64,000 nucleotides of DNA from NCBI GenBank assembly GCA_049322915.1, contig JBMOPW010000029.1, positions 1 through 64,000 of the forward strand, read 5' to 3'. The position numbers were made by a program, and so were the translations under genes. The DNA is from Candidatus Zhuqueibacterota bacterium (GTDB taxonomy: Bacteria; Zhuqueibacterota; Zhuqueibacteria; Thermofontimicrobiales; Thermofontimicrobiaceae). A model generated the notes under the pieces. The model searched no databases and was not told the DNA's origin. It was given only the letters and a program-made list of their open reading frames with translations. Of this stretch, positions 32,182-42,484 are shown piece after piece (the stretch's first letter is position 1; each line of letters begins with the position of its first letter).

Positions 32182-32732
32182 GCTAAATAGCTATTCAAGT
32201 CCTCAACACTCCACAGAAGATTCAAGATCGTTTACGGATCGATACTCATTTTAGTCTCAACCCGGAGAGGGCGTCAATTCTTTCGGAATTTAAATTCTGG
32301 AAAACAAATCATTGCCGCCCATTCCAACGTGCTAGAAGGCAGTGCCCTTTTGAATGAGCCAGAATTATCCTCTATCGTTATCGACAAATAAATTTTTTTC
32401 TTTAATCTTCAGATCGAATTATTATATATTTTTCACAATTACAATTCTGTCAGCCATGCTCACAGCAGACACAATTGGGCGAACAATTTGTGAATAAAAA
32501 ATCGGCATATTAGCCACATGTATCTGATTTTACTTTTTCAGTCCGAAGAAAAAGTATCAGAATATTCAAAGAATTTTTTTTATAGTCAAGTTAAGTTTAA
32601 TTAACATTCACTGATAATTTGGGAGTTCGCGCGGGACCAGAGCAGCGGAATGGCGACGCGTCCGATATTCATAACCATCTGATATGAATGACCAGTAAAA
32701 TTTTTGCGCCTATATTATTATTGGACATACTC

Positions 32733-32760
32733 GTTGGGGACGGTCGCGACCGTCCACTAC
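32733..32760. repeat. REP-like palindrome
   Basis: Perfect 18-bp palindrome GGACGGTCGCGACCGTCC (32738-32755) with CTAC (GTAG on minus) at the foot. Confidence 0.55.
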
Positions 32761-32858
32761 AGCTACAATAACGTATCGAATGTATTGCACATGCGTTCAA
32801 CTGGCCAGCAATACCTCGCTTTTATTTTGAGCAAATAGAGAATCCCAGGCATGATCTG

Positions 32859-33803
32859 CTACCAGCTTCCGGAAGCGCCGCCGCCGCCGGATGATCCGCC
32901 GCCACCGGAAAAACTGGAGCCGGAACTCCAGGATCGGCTCGAACCGCCGGATGATAAAGTGAAACCACCGATGGTGGCTTGACCTTTCGTGCGTAAACTC
33001 TTGCCGGCTTTTTTATACCAACCAGTCCTGTTAACTATCAATTTGGCTATCGGGAAAGTAATGACGTAGGTGATTAGACATATAAACGCACCGTGTGTGC
33101 CCAGGACTATGATTGGAAACATTGCCCAAAAGGGAATGAGGAAAAAGTAAAGAAACCAACCTATTCCTGGTGTAAGAACTCCAATCACGGTGAAGAGTCC
33201 AATGATGCCAAAAATAAAGGCGCCAAAAAGAATACGTTCTTTGATTCCAAAATCAGGCCCCTGGATTTGCAGGCCGGAAGATTTTTCAGTAGAACTGGTC
33301 TCGCTTGCCATATTTGGCATTTCTCCGCCTTCCAGGACATTCATTACAGATTGGACGCCATCGCTAATTCCGCCATCATAATCACCAGCTTTAAATTTGG
33401 GAGTCATAACCGACCGAATGATCTGGCCGGCCATCCCATCTGTAAGAACGCCCTCCAGCCCGTAGCCCACTTCGATGCGCATTCGCCTGTCATTGGGAAC
33501 TACAACAATCAGAATGCCATTATCTTTACCTTTTTGGCCGGGTTTCCAGGCCTCGAAGACCTCAGCGGCGTAATCTTCAATACTCTCACCGTTAATTGTG
33601 GAAACAGTAAGAACAACAATCTGGTTACTGGTGCGGTCTTCGTGCGCTTTCAAACTTTCATTGAGCGATTGTCGCGTTGCTTCGGTGAGAATTTGCGCAT
33701 CATCGGTCACCCGACCGGTCAGATATGGAACATCCGTTGCAGCAAGCCGGGAGATCATCAACAATAGGAATGGCAGCAATAAAACAACTGATCGTGTCTT
33801 CAT
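32859..33803 (-). CDS. TPM domain protein (YgcG type)
   Basis: 'GRVTDDAQIL', 'GKDNGILIVV..DRRMRIEVGYGLEG'; Gly/Ser tail 'GGGGASGSW'. Confidence 0.92.
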   Translation of the reverse strand: MKTRSVVLLLPFLLLMISRLAATDVPYLTGRVTDDAQILTEATRQSLNESLKAHEDRTSNQIVVLTVSTINGESIEDYAAEVFEAWKPGQKGKDNGILIVVVPNDRRMRIEVGYGLEGVLTDGMAGQIIRSVMTPKFKAGDYDGGISDGVQSVMNVLEGGEMPNMASETSSTEKSSGLQIQGPDFGIKERILFGAFIFGIIGLFTVIGVLTPGIGWFLYFFLIPFWAMFPIIVLGTHGAFICLITYVITFPIAKLIVNRTGWYKKAGKSLRTKGQATIGGFTLSSGGSSRSWSSGSSFSGGGGSSGGGGASGSW

Positions 33804-34447
33804 ACGCCTTCCTCCTCGATAATTGCATCCGGTAATTCATTTTCACTAGTCATCGCTGCCGCCGGTCCCAAAAAGTGGGCAAGTTTATCCAGACCGGTTT
33901 CAAAAGCATGTCTCAGTTCATTTTGCTTGAGAGACATAGCCATTGCCGTAACGATGTTTTGCATGGCATCCCTGCTTAATTGGTCGGCTAATCCCTTGTC
34001 TGGAAGAATAAAAAACTTTCGCTCGAAGAGACTGACCAGAACCAAAACACCGCTTCGCTGCCGCGTGGCATACAGTTCCCGGGACAGAAATAGGGATTGT
34101 GCATATTGCTTTACCTCCACTTCTGCACGCACGTCAGACAGAAATAGCCTGGCAAAACCCGGAAATAGCACAGTCAACAACGCAAAAATCGCACCGCCGG
34201 ACAGCGTTCCTGCCACCGTGATAAGCGCTGTGAGCCGTGAATCCCAGCCATAAAAATAGAGTTCCAGAATTAAAACCACCAAACCGGCAAGTGATGCGCC
34301 CAACGCAAAGGCTTTCCAGGGTAATTCCGCATAGCTGTCGCTGCGTTGAACGACAGCCAAAACGACCTGTGCCTTCGTCTGTTTTTCCAGATCAGCGACC
34401 AGACCATCAAGCTTCTTGCGATCGTGATCGGATAAAAGTAGTTTCAT
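33800..34447 (-). CDS. TPM domain membrane protein
   Basis: 'TRQRSGVLVLVSLFERK..DKG', 'NELPD'. Confidence 0.85.
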   Translation of the reverse strand: MKLLLSDHDRKKLDGLVADLEKQTKAQVVLAVVQRSDSYAELPWKAFALGASLAGLVVLILELYFYGWDSRLTALITVAGTLSGGAIFALLTVLFPGFARLFLSDVRAEVEVKQYAQSLFLSRELYATRQRSGVLVLVSLFERKFFILPDKGLADQLSRDAMQNIVTAMAMSLKQNELRHAFETGLDKLAHFLGPAAAMTSENELPDAIIEEEGV

Positions 34448-34948
34448 CGTGTTTAATCCTTTTAAAATGTTATTCGCCAAATATTTGCTGCCATCATTTT
34501 GGCTTACTTGTCCATTGAACATGGAAACTGATTCATAAACCTTGCTTTCCGTTTTCATTTTTCGTAACGACTCCGGTGCTCAATATTTTGGAATGGAATG
34601 GAAACCGCTGAATCGGCCGAGTTCTTGAGCATGCATCTACTTTCACCATGCTGAAGCATGGCGTTGGTTCAAAATTGCACCAAAACCACGATTTGTCGTG
34701 GTGTTCAAAAATCGACCCGCCAGCTAATCAGCCGCTTCCGGAATACGCGAACCGAGTAGTTCGGCTTTGTCACATTTCCTGGCTTAGATCGGATTGAGGC
34801 GCGATGAAAAAATATTTAAAGCGATTCGGCTTTCTTTACGTCGCCGAGCCGGGTCACCTGCGCGGCCTTATGCCCGGTATAAAAATGGGTACAATTCTTT
34901 TACCATTTTATCCAGTTCTTTTCCACGCAGCCACACTCATTCAATTCT

Positions 34949-37372
34949 TCATTTTGGGACAAAATTAACAGCCCATTCCACTGTATCGGTTCCGGCGAAC
35001 TGGAGATCGATACGAAGCACATTATTTTCCACTCTACGGATTGCATAATTTTTGTTGTACTCATATATTTTTCCATTGCCGGGAAACCAATCGTACATCG
35101 CCGGCAGATAGACATAAACGCTATGCGATGATCCTTCCGGCGAAATGGATGTTCCGTGCAATACATGAGATAGACTATCGAAATGAGTCTCCGCAATCTC
35201 CACCGCGCCTTGTTTCACATGGCGATTTGTTGCAATGATCCGGGGATACGCTGTTTTTTCGCGAAGCGAGAACAAGGACACACTTCCGGGAGGAATGGTC
35301 ACTTCGATTGTTTTTGTCACCTCGCCGACGAATCTCTCGTTCCAGAAATCGAAACAGAGATAGGTCTTTGTATCGTCAAGCATCAGCCTGCCGAAATCGA
35401 ATTTTCTGGTAACACTTTTTTCCAGATCCGGATTAAAAAACGCAATGACATCCCATTGCCCAAAATCTCTCTTCACCCTGCACGCAAAGACTGTTTGCGG
35501 ATCGCTATCCAAAAGATCAACCGGCTTTCCCTGTTCGATGGTGGCCGGCAAAATCTTTTTGAGGACATCCAATTTGGCCGGACTCAAATTCATGAGCCGG
35601 TCACCGGACATGACATTGCCGCCGCTCAATCCGATGAGCGTTGCCACTGCCTGAGCCTTTGGCAAGGAAAGCAGATCCATACAGACATGGTCGATATCAT
35701 TGGTCCACACCTTATCGTGGTAAAAGTACCTTTTGCCAGCGGCGCCGGCGCTACATGAATTGCCGACGAAGTACTGCGTCCATGCCGCATCAGTACCGTA
35801 GTTTTGATCGTACTCAACGCGCATGCTGTTGATAAATCCGGCCGAGACATTGCCAGGGCCACAATCGAGAATGTGGCATCTGTCGCCGGCCACGGTTCGG
35901 ATGATCTGCATCGCTTTTTGGTACACCTGAGCCGGCGTTGCAGCAGGATTGGTGAAGCGTCTGGCCGAAAAATTGGTCCAGGCGACAAAATCAATTTTCA
36001 TCATTTCAAAGCCCCAATGATTCACGATGGTATCCACCAGATTGGTGAACCACTGCTCGGCATACGGGTGAGTCATGTCCAGACAATAGCGCCTGGGAGT
36101 TTCGTTTTTATACCAGTCTGTATTTTCAGATGGCCAGGGCCCGATGCGCACCGGATTTCCGTCTTCATCTTTCACCAGCCATTCGGGATGGTCCCGAAAG
36201 ACATGCGTATTTTCCGAAATGACAAACGGAGCAATCCAGATGCCCGGCTTCAAGCCAAATTCCTTGATGCGATCGCACAGCCATTTCAAGCCATGGGGGA
36301 ATTTTTTATTGCCCTGCCATTGGCCATGCGCCGTCTGAAAACCTTCGTCGATCTGAATGTATTCAAGGCCATACGGCTTCAACTCCCTCGCTGCAAATTC
36401 GGCGTTGCGCAAAATTTCGTCTTCATCGAAATCATCGAGGGTATAGAACCAGTTGCACCAACCATTCACTATGTGGGCCTCGGGCTTGTTCATTTCGCCG
36501 GCCATCATATCAGCGTACATTTCCAATGCGGCATAGGGATCGGCGCCCAACACCACGGCGCATTTATCGGAACTGATTTCATGTGACTTTTTCAAAATAA
36601 AGCCGGGATTGAAAACCGATTCGACGCTGAGCGACACGTGCTGATCGTTGTTTTTCAGCACCTGGATCCGGCCGAGACTGTTTACATTGTGCAGGTAGCC
36701 AATGGCGAGCGATTCCTGCTGGTAGCCGTTGAAGATGGAAATGTTCCACCAGCTTTGAATCGTCGTCCCATGGCCATCCAGACCATGATCGAGCCAGACG
36801 CCTCCTTTGGTTTCGCCGTACGGCTCCGGCTTAACGTACGGTTCATTAAAATCGTGAATCTTTCCTGCGTCGTAATACATGGCGCCATTGGTCAGACATT
36901 GATTCGCATTCCGGAAATGGAGCCTGCCTGATTGCGCGTCGATCAATCGGATGGGTACGGCGCTGCCAACGCTGATATCGTGCGATGAAACGTTCCGATA
37001 CACCACTTCAAACTGAATCGCTGGAATGTCATTTCGAAGAAGAATTCGATTTTTGAAATCGAGCCTTTTTCTCCTGTCCTTTCCCGAGATGAGCAGCTCC
37101 CGGTCTTGCCCGTCCCGCGTGAGCCGCTCGACGTGGTAGGTGTAATTCCGGCTGTCCGACGTATAAATTTCACACTCGCTGATGACGGCATTGACACATC
37201 CCGAGAAGAGGAGTTGCCCGTCTTTTTTTTCTGCCGATAGAAAACCCGTCCTCTTATCGAAAGTGACTTTGAAGTGATGATTCCCGATTGTCTGGCAGGT
37301 CGCACTGGTGAACGATACGACGAGACCGAGCAGTCCGAGAAATACAATTTTTTTGGATGATGAATTCATCAT
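34949..37372 (-). CDS. Secreted alpha-galactosidase-like glycoside hydrolase (GH36/GH27 clan)
   Basis: 'GWCNW', 'IQIDEG', 'KFPHGLK', 'GLKPGIWIAPF', 'MKIDF', 'WTNDID'. Confidence 0.85.
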   Translation of the reverse strand: MMNSSSKKIVFLGLLGLVVSFTSATCQTIGNHHFKVTFDKRTGFLSAEKKDGQLLFSGCVNAVISECEIYTSDSRNYTYHVERLTRDGQDRELLISGKDRRKRLDFKNRILLRNDIPAIQFEVVYRNVSSHDISVGSAVPIRLIDAQSGRLHFRNANQCLTNGAMYYDAGKIHDFNEPYVKPEPYGETKGGVWLDHGLDGHGTTIQSWWNISIFNGYQQESLAIGYLHNVNSLGRIQVLKNNDQHVSLSVESVFNPGFILKKSHEISSDKCAVVLGADPYAALEMYADMMAGEMNKPEAHIVNGWCNWFYTLDDFDEDEILRNAEFAARELKPYGLEYIQIDEGFQTAHGQWQGNKKFPHGLKWLCDRIKEFGLKPGIWIAPFVISENTHVFRDHPEWLVKDEDGNPVRIGPWPSENTDWYKNETPRRYCLDMTHPYAEQWFTNLVDTIVNHWGFEMMKIDFVAWTNFSARRFTNPAATPAQVYQKAMQIIRTVAGDRCHILDCGPGNVSAGFINSMRVEYDQNYGTDAAWTQYFVGNSCSAGAAGKRYFYHDKVWTNDIDHVCMDLLSLPKAQAVATLIGLSGGNVMSGDRLMNLSPAKLDVLKKILPATIEQGKPVDLLDSDPQTVFACRVKRDFGQWDVIAFFNPDLEKSVTRKFDFGRLMLDDTKTYLCFDFWNERFVGEVTKTIEVTIPPGSVSLFSLREKTAYPRIIATNRHVKQGAVEIAETHFDSLSHVLHGTSISPEGSSHSVYVYLPAMYDWFPGNGKIYEYNKNYAIRRVENNVLRIDLQFAGTDTVEWAVNFVPK

Positions 37373-37460
37373 GGCGTTCTCTTCAATATTTCAAAGAAAG
37401 TGAAATGAGAATATTGGGCTTCAACAAATTTACTGAGAATCAATCACCAGACCATTTTCA

Positions 37461-38663
37461 TTACAGGTAAAAACCGAGGCTCAGCTTGCCAATGTTTTGC
37501 TTACGCCATTCGCCGGACTTGAAGGCATCGGTGACGTATGCAACATCCAGATCAACATGCCAAATTCTCAAATTCAATCCGGCCAAAAACAGAGTCCCAT
37601 TAAGTTTACCATTCATAGAATATAGGTTATTCAGCTCATCATCGTATCGGCGATCCGAGGATAGAAGACCGAGCGATAGTGATACATGCCGGTTCAGTTC
37701 GCCGGTCACGCCAAGCGTGATATCATCATTATCCGTTGTATGCTCTGAAAGTTGACTCCAATAGACATGCGTCAGATCGAAGGTGAGATGGAACGATGCA
37801 TTCAATTTGTAGAGGAATCCGACATGCAATTTATCAGGAGGCCTGCCGATCATCGTATACTCTTCGGTAAAAGCTGGATTTATCTCCTGATTGTTGCCGC
37901 TCACAGAGGGATCTAGATCAATCTGCGGCAATAAATCAGTTCCTTCATAATGGGCTTGTCCCTGAAATGATGCTTTCGTTTCATAGAATGCGCCGAGTTG
38001 AAACCGATCTGACAACCTATACGCCAAACCATAGGTCCAGCCGGAATTTTCCATCTCAGTATCCAGGGAAGAAAAATACAATCTTTCCTCGACAGCCAGC
38101 AGATTATAATTATATTGGATTCCGATGCTAAACTGATCATTTGCCTTGATGACATTTTTAAATGCATACGACAACAAGCTGGAGTAGCTGATCACTGTAT
38201 TCAATTTTGTCAGCTTAAAAAATTCTCCGGTACCTTCAGGATGTTCCATCGTCGTTTTTTCAATGGCCCCCAAATCTAGCATGGAGTTGTACCGTTGACT
38301 GAAACCAAAACCAATTCTGATTCTTTTCAAAGGGATGACGAATCCCAGGGATTGCGGCAGATATCCGTTATCTCTTTCATGATTAATATCGGCAATCCAG
38401 GCAGGTTCAATGGCGGACTCCGCCTGATAGGACAGGCCAAATGAGATGGTCTCAAACTGATGCATGGTGGCCGGATTGCTGCTGCTGACATTTGAAATAT
38501 GACTGCCAGTGCTATTGGAAAATCCCTTTCCACTGATTGATTCAAAAATATAACCCTGCGTGAGAAACACGCATTCAATCGAATCATCGACCTTAGCCAG
38601 CCCCTGCGGGTGGACCGATTCAGCAACGATAGCAATAGCGATAATGAAGAAGATTTTTTTCAT
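37461..38663 (-). CDS. Outer-membrane beta-barrel, FadL/OmpP1-like
   Basis: Signal peptide from ATG 38663; 'SNPA' motif; beta strands ending 'LSLGFYL'. Confidence 0.6.
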   Translation of the reverse strand: MKKIFFIIAIAIVAESVHPQGLAKVDDSIECVFLTQGYIFESISGKGFSNSTGSHISNVSSSNPATMHQFETISFGLSYQAESAIEPAWIADINHERDNGYLPQSLGFVIPLKRIRIGFGFSQRYNSMLDLGAIEKTTMEHPEGTGEFFKLTKLNTVISYSSLLSYAFKNVIKANDQFSIGIQYNYNLLAVEERLYFSSLDTEMENSGWTYGLAYRLSDRFQLGAFYETKASFQGQAHYEGTDLLPQIDLDPSVSGNNQEINPAFTEEYTMIGRPPDKLHVGFLYKLNASFHLTFDLTHVYWSQLSEHTTDNDDITLGVTGELNRHVSLSLGLLSSDRRYDDELNNLYSMNGKLNGTLFLAGLNLRIWHVDLDVAYVTDAFKSGEWRKQNIGKLSLGFYL

Positions 38664-38770
38664 TTTGAATCTCCTGAATTTTATGATTCTATTGCATTTC
38701 CCTGCCGCAGCGTCACTTCCATTTTTTTGAAACGCTCCCACCTGCCCGAGCGGGTACTGGAATATCAGGC

Positions 38771-39757
38771 TCAAAAGAACAAATCAAGTTTCGGGAACAG
38801 GCCAAACAGCCCGCCTGTGTGCAGGAATAGAAATCGACTGTGTTTTTTGAAACGCTTGCCGGAGTGGATTTGCTCGCGCAGGCCAAACATGGCTTTGGCG
38901 GTGTACACCGGATCCAATATCAGGCCATCCGAGGCAGCCACATGTTTGATGAATTCAATTTCCGCCGGCCGGTTCAGCGAATAGCCCTCGCCCACGTAGC
39001 CATCGATGATGGTGACATCGGATGGTGTCAGCGAGACATTCAGATTGAACCGTTGAATTGCCTTCTGGGAGATCGCGGTAATTTTTTTGACGAAAAAGGA
39101 AGCGTCGTCGCAGACATTGAAGCCGATCACCTGGTAGGCCTGTTTGAAATATTTTTGTCCCAGCAACAGACCCGCATAGGTACCGCCGGAGCCCACAGCG
39201 CACACAAGATAATCGATCTCAAGCTGCATCTGTTTCAACTGGCTGGCAATTTCCTCTGTCGCGGCAAAGTAGCCAATGGCCCCCAATTCATCCGATGCGC
39301 CTTCCGGAATGATGTAGGGCGTGTAACCCTGCTGTTCCAAATCGCGGACCAAATCCTGCATAATATCCATGACCTCGTTTCGATACTGTTCCGGGGTGAT
39401 GTATTTAATTTTTGCGCCGACGAGTAGGTCCAGCGCCAGATTGCCATCGATGCTTCCTCCCACCTGCCCTCGCAACACCAGCCAGGAATCCATTCCCAGT
39501 TTCCTCGCGGCCACAGCCGTGGCGCGGGCGTGGTTGGATTGAATGCCGCCGCAGGTTATCAGCACGTTGGCGCCTTTTTGCCTGGCCTCAGCAATGACAA
39601 ATTCCAATTTTCGGATTTTATTGCCGGACATCAGCATGCCTGTCTTATCATCCCGCTTCACATAAATTTCAACATCGCCCCACTGTTGCGACACGCCGGT
39701 CAATTTCTCGATGGGCGTCGGCAAATTGGCCAGATGTATTCTTGGTGGATAGTTCAT
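38771..39757 (-). CDS. dcyD: D-cysteine desulfhydrase / ACC deaminase family PLP enzyme
   Basis: 'KRDD..SGNKIRKLEF', 'GGIQSNHAR', 'LDPVYTAKA', 'HTGG'. Confidence 0.85.
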   Translation of the reverse strand: MNYPPRIHLANLPTPIEKLTGVSQQWGDVEIYVKRDDKTGMLMSGNKIRKLEFVIAEARQKGANVLITCGGIQSNHARATAVAARKLGMDSWLVLRGQVGGSIDGNLALDLLVGAKIKYITPEQYRNEVMDIMQDLVRDLEQQGYTPYIIPEGASDELGAIGYFAATEEIASQLKQMQLEIDYLVCAVGSGGTYAGLLLGQKYFKQAYQVIGFNVCDDASFFVKKITAISQKAIQRFNLNVSLTPSDVTIIDGYVGEGYSLNRPAEIEFIKHVAASDGLILDPVYTAKAMFGLREQIHSGKRFKKHSRFLFLHTGGLFGLFPKLDLFF

Positions 39758-41271
39758 TCAATTGTCCTCCGATTCGGTGGTTCAATTTTGAGTTGCTGCA
39801 CAATTTTCCCAAACAGTTTCTCGTGTTTCGAATATATCTTTTGCGGCGCTGAAATGATGATCCAATACAGGCTGCCGTCGATGACGAGGTATGCGCGCAT
39901 CTCCTTTTGTTTCGCGCCCTGGCTCTCCGTTGTGGCAATCAAATGGCGCCAGGTTTTGCCATTGATATCATGGTTCTGTTTAGAAAGGACGTGGTAACGT
40001 TCGTCCGTCCGCTCCAATGTCTGGATTTCCAGGTCTACGGCCTGATCCACGGAAATCGTGCGCTGGTTCGCCGGCAAGTTTCGGCCAACCAGCGTGAGCG
40101 ATATGGTTTTGTCCTCATTCGTAAAATGCTCTTTCAAAAAATACAACCCCAGGTCTTCAACTTTATGCAGGAGCCAAATCCGGCCCAAATGCATCTCAAT
40201 CCCAAATTCAGGATTAATGTAGGTTTCCGTGAGAAACGCGCTGTTCTCCACATGGAGAAAGGCATTCACATTTGTGAATTTGGCGAAATTCAGAATGCCG
40301 ACCGGCGCGTACCAGATCCTGTTCGCAGAAACAAACGGCTCCGATGAATAGGGGCAGTTCGGTTGCAACGGCATCAGGCTTCCCTTGTAAAATACAAGAT
40401 GGTAATTATCCAGACTACCCATGTAATAAAACTGGTCGTTGCCATTGGAAAACTCGGCGATCATCTCTTTTGAATCGGCGAGAAAGACGTCGGACGGAAT
40501 CCAGCCATGCGCCGGCAGGTAAAATTCGGCCCAGGTATGCGGCGTTTCCCAACCCTCTTTGGCTAAAAATCCCACAACCGGTCGGGCAGGAATGTGAGCA
40601 GCCCGGCACAACGCCACAAACAGCCAGGTGTACTCGGCGCTGTCGCCGCCAAATACCGACTGCTGTTCATTCAGCGCATTGGCCAAAATAGTGCGAGTGC
40701 CCCGCTGCATCACCGGGAACTGATGTTCCATGTGCAGCAACACCCATCGGAAAATATTTCGGACTTTCAGAAATGGATCGCTCACATTGCGCGTGACTTC
40801 GTTGGAAATTTCCTGAATTTCAGGGGTGATGAAGGCGAGCGAATCATTGCTCAGATAGGCAACCAATTCCCGGTCATCAAAACGATGACCATCCGGCACA
40901 GCCTGCGGGTCAATGGCGTGCTCGTCGTGATACAGGTCCGCGGTGAACCTGATTTGAACGGTGAGGTTCGTCGCCTCTTTCCGTTTGGAGAAATCCCAAT
41001 ACGCCAGCGTTCCGTGTTCATCGCTCATCGCCGCCTTTTTGTTTGGCTTTGGGTGCATCTCCAGAATTTTAACATTCTTCTGGTTGCTCCATTCCTGCGG
41101 AAGAAACGCCCAATATTTCAAATCATTCTTTCGGTCCAGGGACTGATTCTCTGTCACAATTTGCAGCGAGAATGTGGCGGTAATTCTTCGCGGCTGATGG
41201 GTCGGCGCATTTGCGAATAGCGCCGAATTCAGCATGCAGCCCAGGACGACCAGCAGTAACTTTTGAATCAT
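39754..41271 (-). CDS. Exported transglutaminase-like protein with C-terminal PsbP-like domain
   Basis: 'GDSAEY..FVALCRAAHIPAR..HTWAEFY..GWIPSD'; GGAG RBS before ATG 41271. Confidence 0.75.
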   Translation of the reverse strand: MIQKLLLVVLGCMLNSALFANAPTHQPRRITATFSLQIVTENQSLDRKNDLKYWAFLPQEWSNQKNVKILEMHPKPNKKAAMSDEHGTLAYWDFSKRKEATNLTVQIRFTADLYHDEHAIDPQAVPDGHRFDDRELVAYLSNDSLAFITPEIQEISNEVTRNVSDPFLKVRNIFRWVLLHMEHQFPVMQRGTRTILANALNEQQSVFGGDSAEYTWLFVALCRAAHIPARPVVGFLAKEGWETPHTWAEFYLPAHGWIPSDVFLADSKEMIAEFSNGNDQFYYMGSLDNYHLVFYKGSLMPLQPNCPYSSEPFVSANRIWYAPVGILNFAKFTNVNAFLHVENSAFLTETYINPEFGIEMHLGRIWLLHKVEDLGLYFLKEHFTNEDKTISLTLVGRNLPANQRTISVDQAVDLEIQTLERTDERYHVLSKQNHDINGKTWRHLIATTESQGAKQKEMRAYLVIDGSLYWIIISAPQKIYSKHEKLFGKIVQQLKIEPPNRRTIE

Positions 41272-41472
41272 ACTAACTCCATGAGATAAATCGTTAACGG
41301 ACACAGCAGCGGTGAGAAATTGAAGTTGTTAAAACGTGTGCAGCGCGAAGCAATAGGAACAAACTGCCGGAAGCGCACGGCGTGTTTTTCTCGGTTGAGA
41401 CGAGTCCGTCAGATTCAGTGGTTGATCGGCCATTTCGCGCGCGCGACCTTGCGTTGAACAAACCCCGGAAAT

Positions 41473-42408
41473 TTACTGCCCGAAATTGACAATCCCCTTT
41501 TCCAGAAGGAATTGAATTCCGCGCTGCAACTCGACGGCAGCCACTTTGGGCTGGACTTCAATGATTCGAATGGCGCCTTTCGGGAGGTATTTCCTGATCA
41601 TGTCATAATCGATCAACCCGGAGCCAGGCGCAAAATGATCGTGGTAGCCGACCTGCTGGCAATCGTGCAAATGACACCCGACAAGCTGGTCCCCATACCG
41701 GGACAAGAATTCCTCGTGGGTCGCCATTCCATAGCTTTCGTGAGCCTGGGCATGGCCGACATCGTGCCAGTAGCCGAGATTGCCGCCCCGAAAGGAATCG
41801 AGAATCACGCCGACTTCATTAACGTCCGGGAACTCGTCCCAGTAAAAGCGATTTTCAATCCCAATGGCGACATCCCGTCGCACGGCCTCTTCGTTCAGCG
41901 CATCCAGGCTTTTCAGCACCGCGTCGAAATAGGGGCTTTTCAGCGATTCCCGCTCGTCCATGGTTTTGGAAAAGAAGTCCTGCCCCTCGCGATCTTTGAA
42001 ATTTCCATCGCTGAGCAACGAGAACCAGCGTTCTTCATCCCGCTCCATGGCTAATATTCTACCGATGTGAAAGACCACGGCGGTCGCTCCCAGATCAGCA
42101 GCATTCTGTATGGTTCGCTTCGAATATTTTACAGCCAGAGCCCGCTCTTCATCCTCCAGCGAAGTCAGCATCAGAGCATCGCCCGACCGTTGGTCCAACG
42201 GCAGAATTTCCGGATGGGGACAATAATTGTGCAGGCTGAGAATTTTCAACGACGTGGAGCGAATGGCCCGCTTGATTTCATCGAACATTCCGGCGGTGAT
42301 GCGGTATTCCAATTCGATTCCGGGGACGCCCATCTTCTCAATCTCGTTCAGCAGAGCATAACCATCTTTGACCCGATTAGATTTCCAGACTGTAGATAAT
42401 CCGAACAT
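41473..42408 (-). CDS. Sugar phosphate isomerase/epimerase (xylose-isomerase-like TIM barrel)
   Basis: 'IGIENR', 'WHDVGHA', 'HLHD', 'HFAPGSG'. Confidence 0.85.
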   Translation of the reverse strand: MFGLSTVWKSNRVKDGYALLNEIEKMGVPGIELEYRITAGMFDEIKRAIRSTSLKILSLHNYCPHPEILPLDQRSGDALMLTSLEDEERALAVKYSKRTIQNAADLGATAVVFHIGRILAMERDEERWFSLLSDGNFKDREGQDFFSKTMDERESLKSPYFDAVLKSLDALNEEAVRRDVAIGIENRFYWDEFPDVNEVGVILDSFRGGNLGYWHDVGHAQAHESYGMATHEEFLSRYGDQLVGCHLHDCQQVGYHDHFAPGSGLIDYDMIRKYLPKGAIRIIEVQPKVAAVELQRGIQFLLEKGIVNFGQ

Positions 42409-42484
42409 GTTGATCTTTCATCCTGAAAGTTACTGAGTTATCGTCTCTTCCTTGCGCCCGACCGCTGCCATTTCCCGGCGTTGC

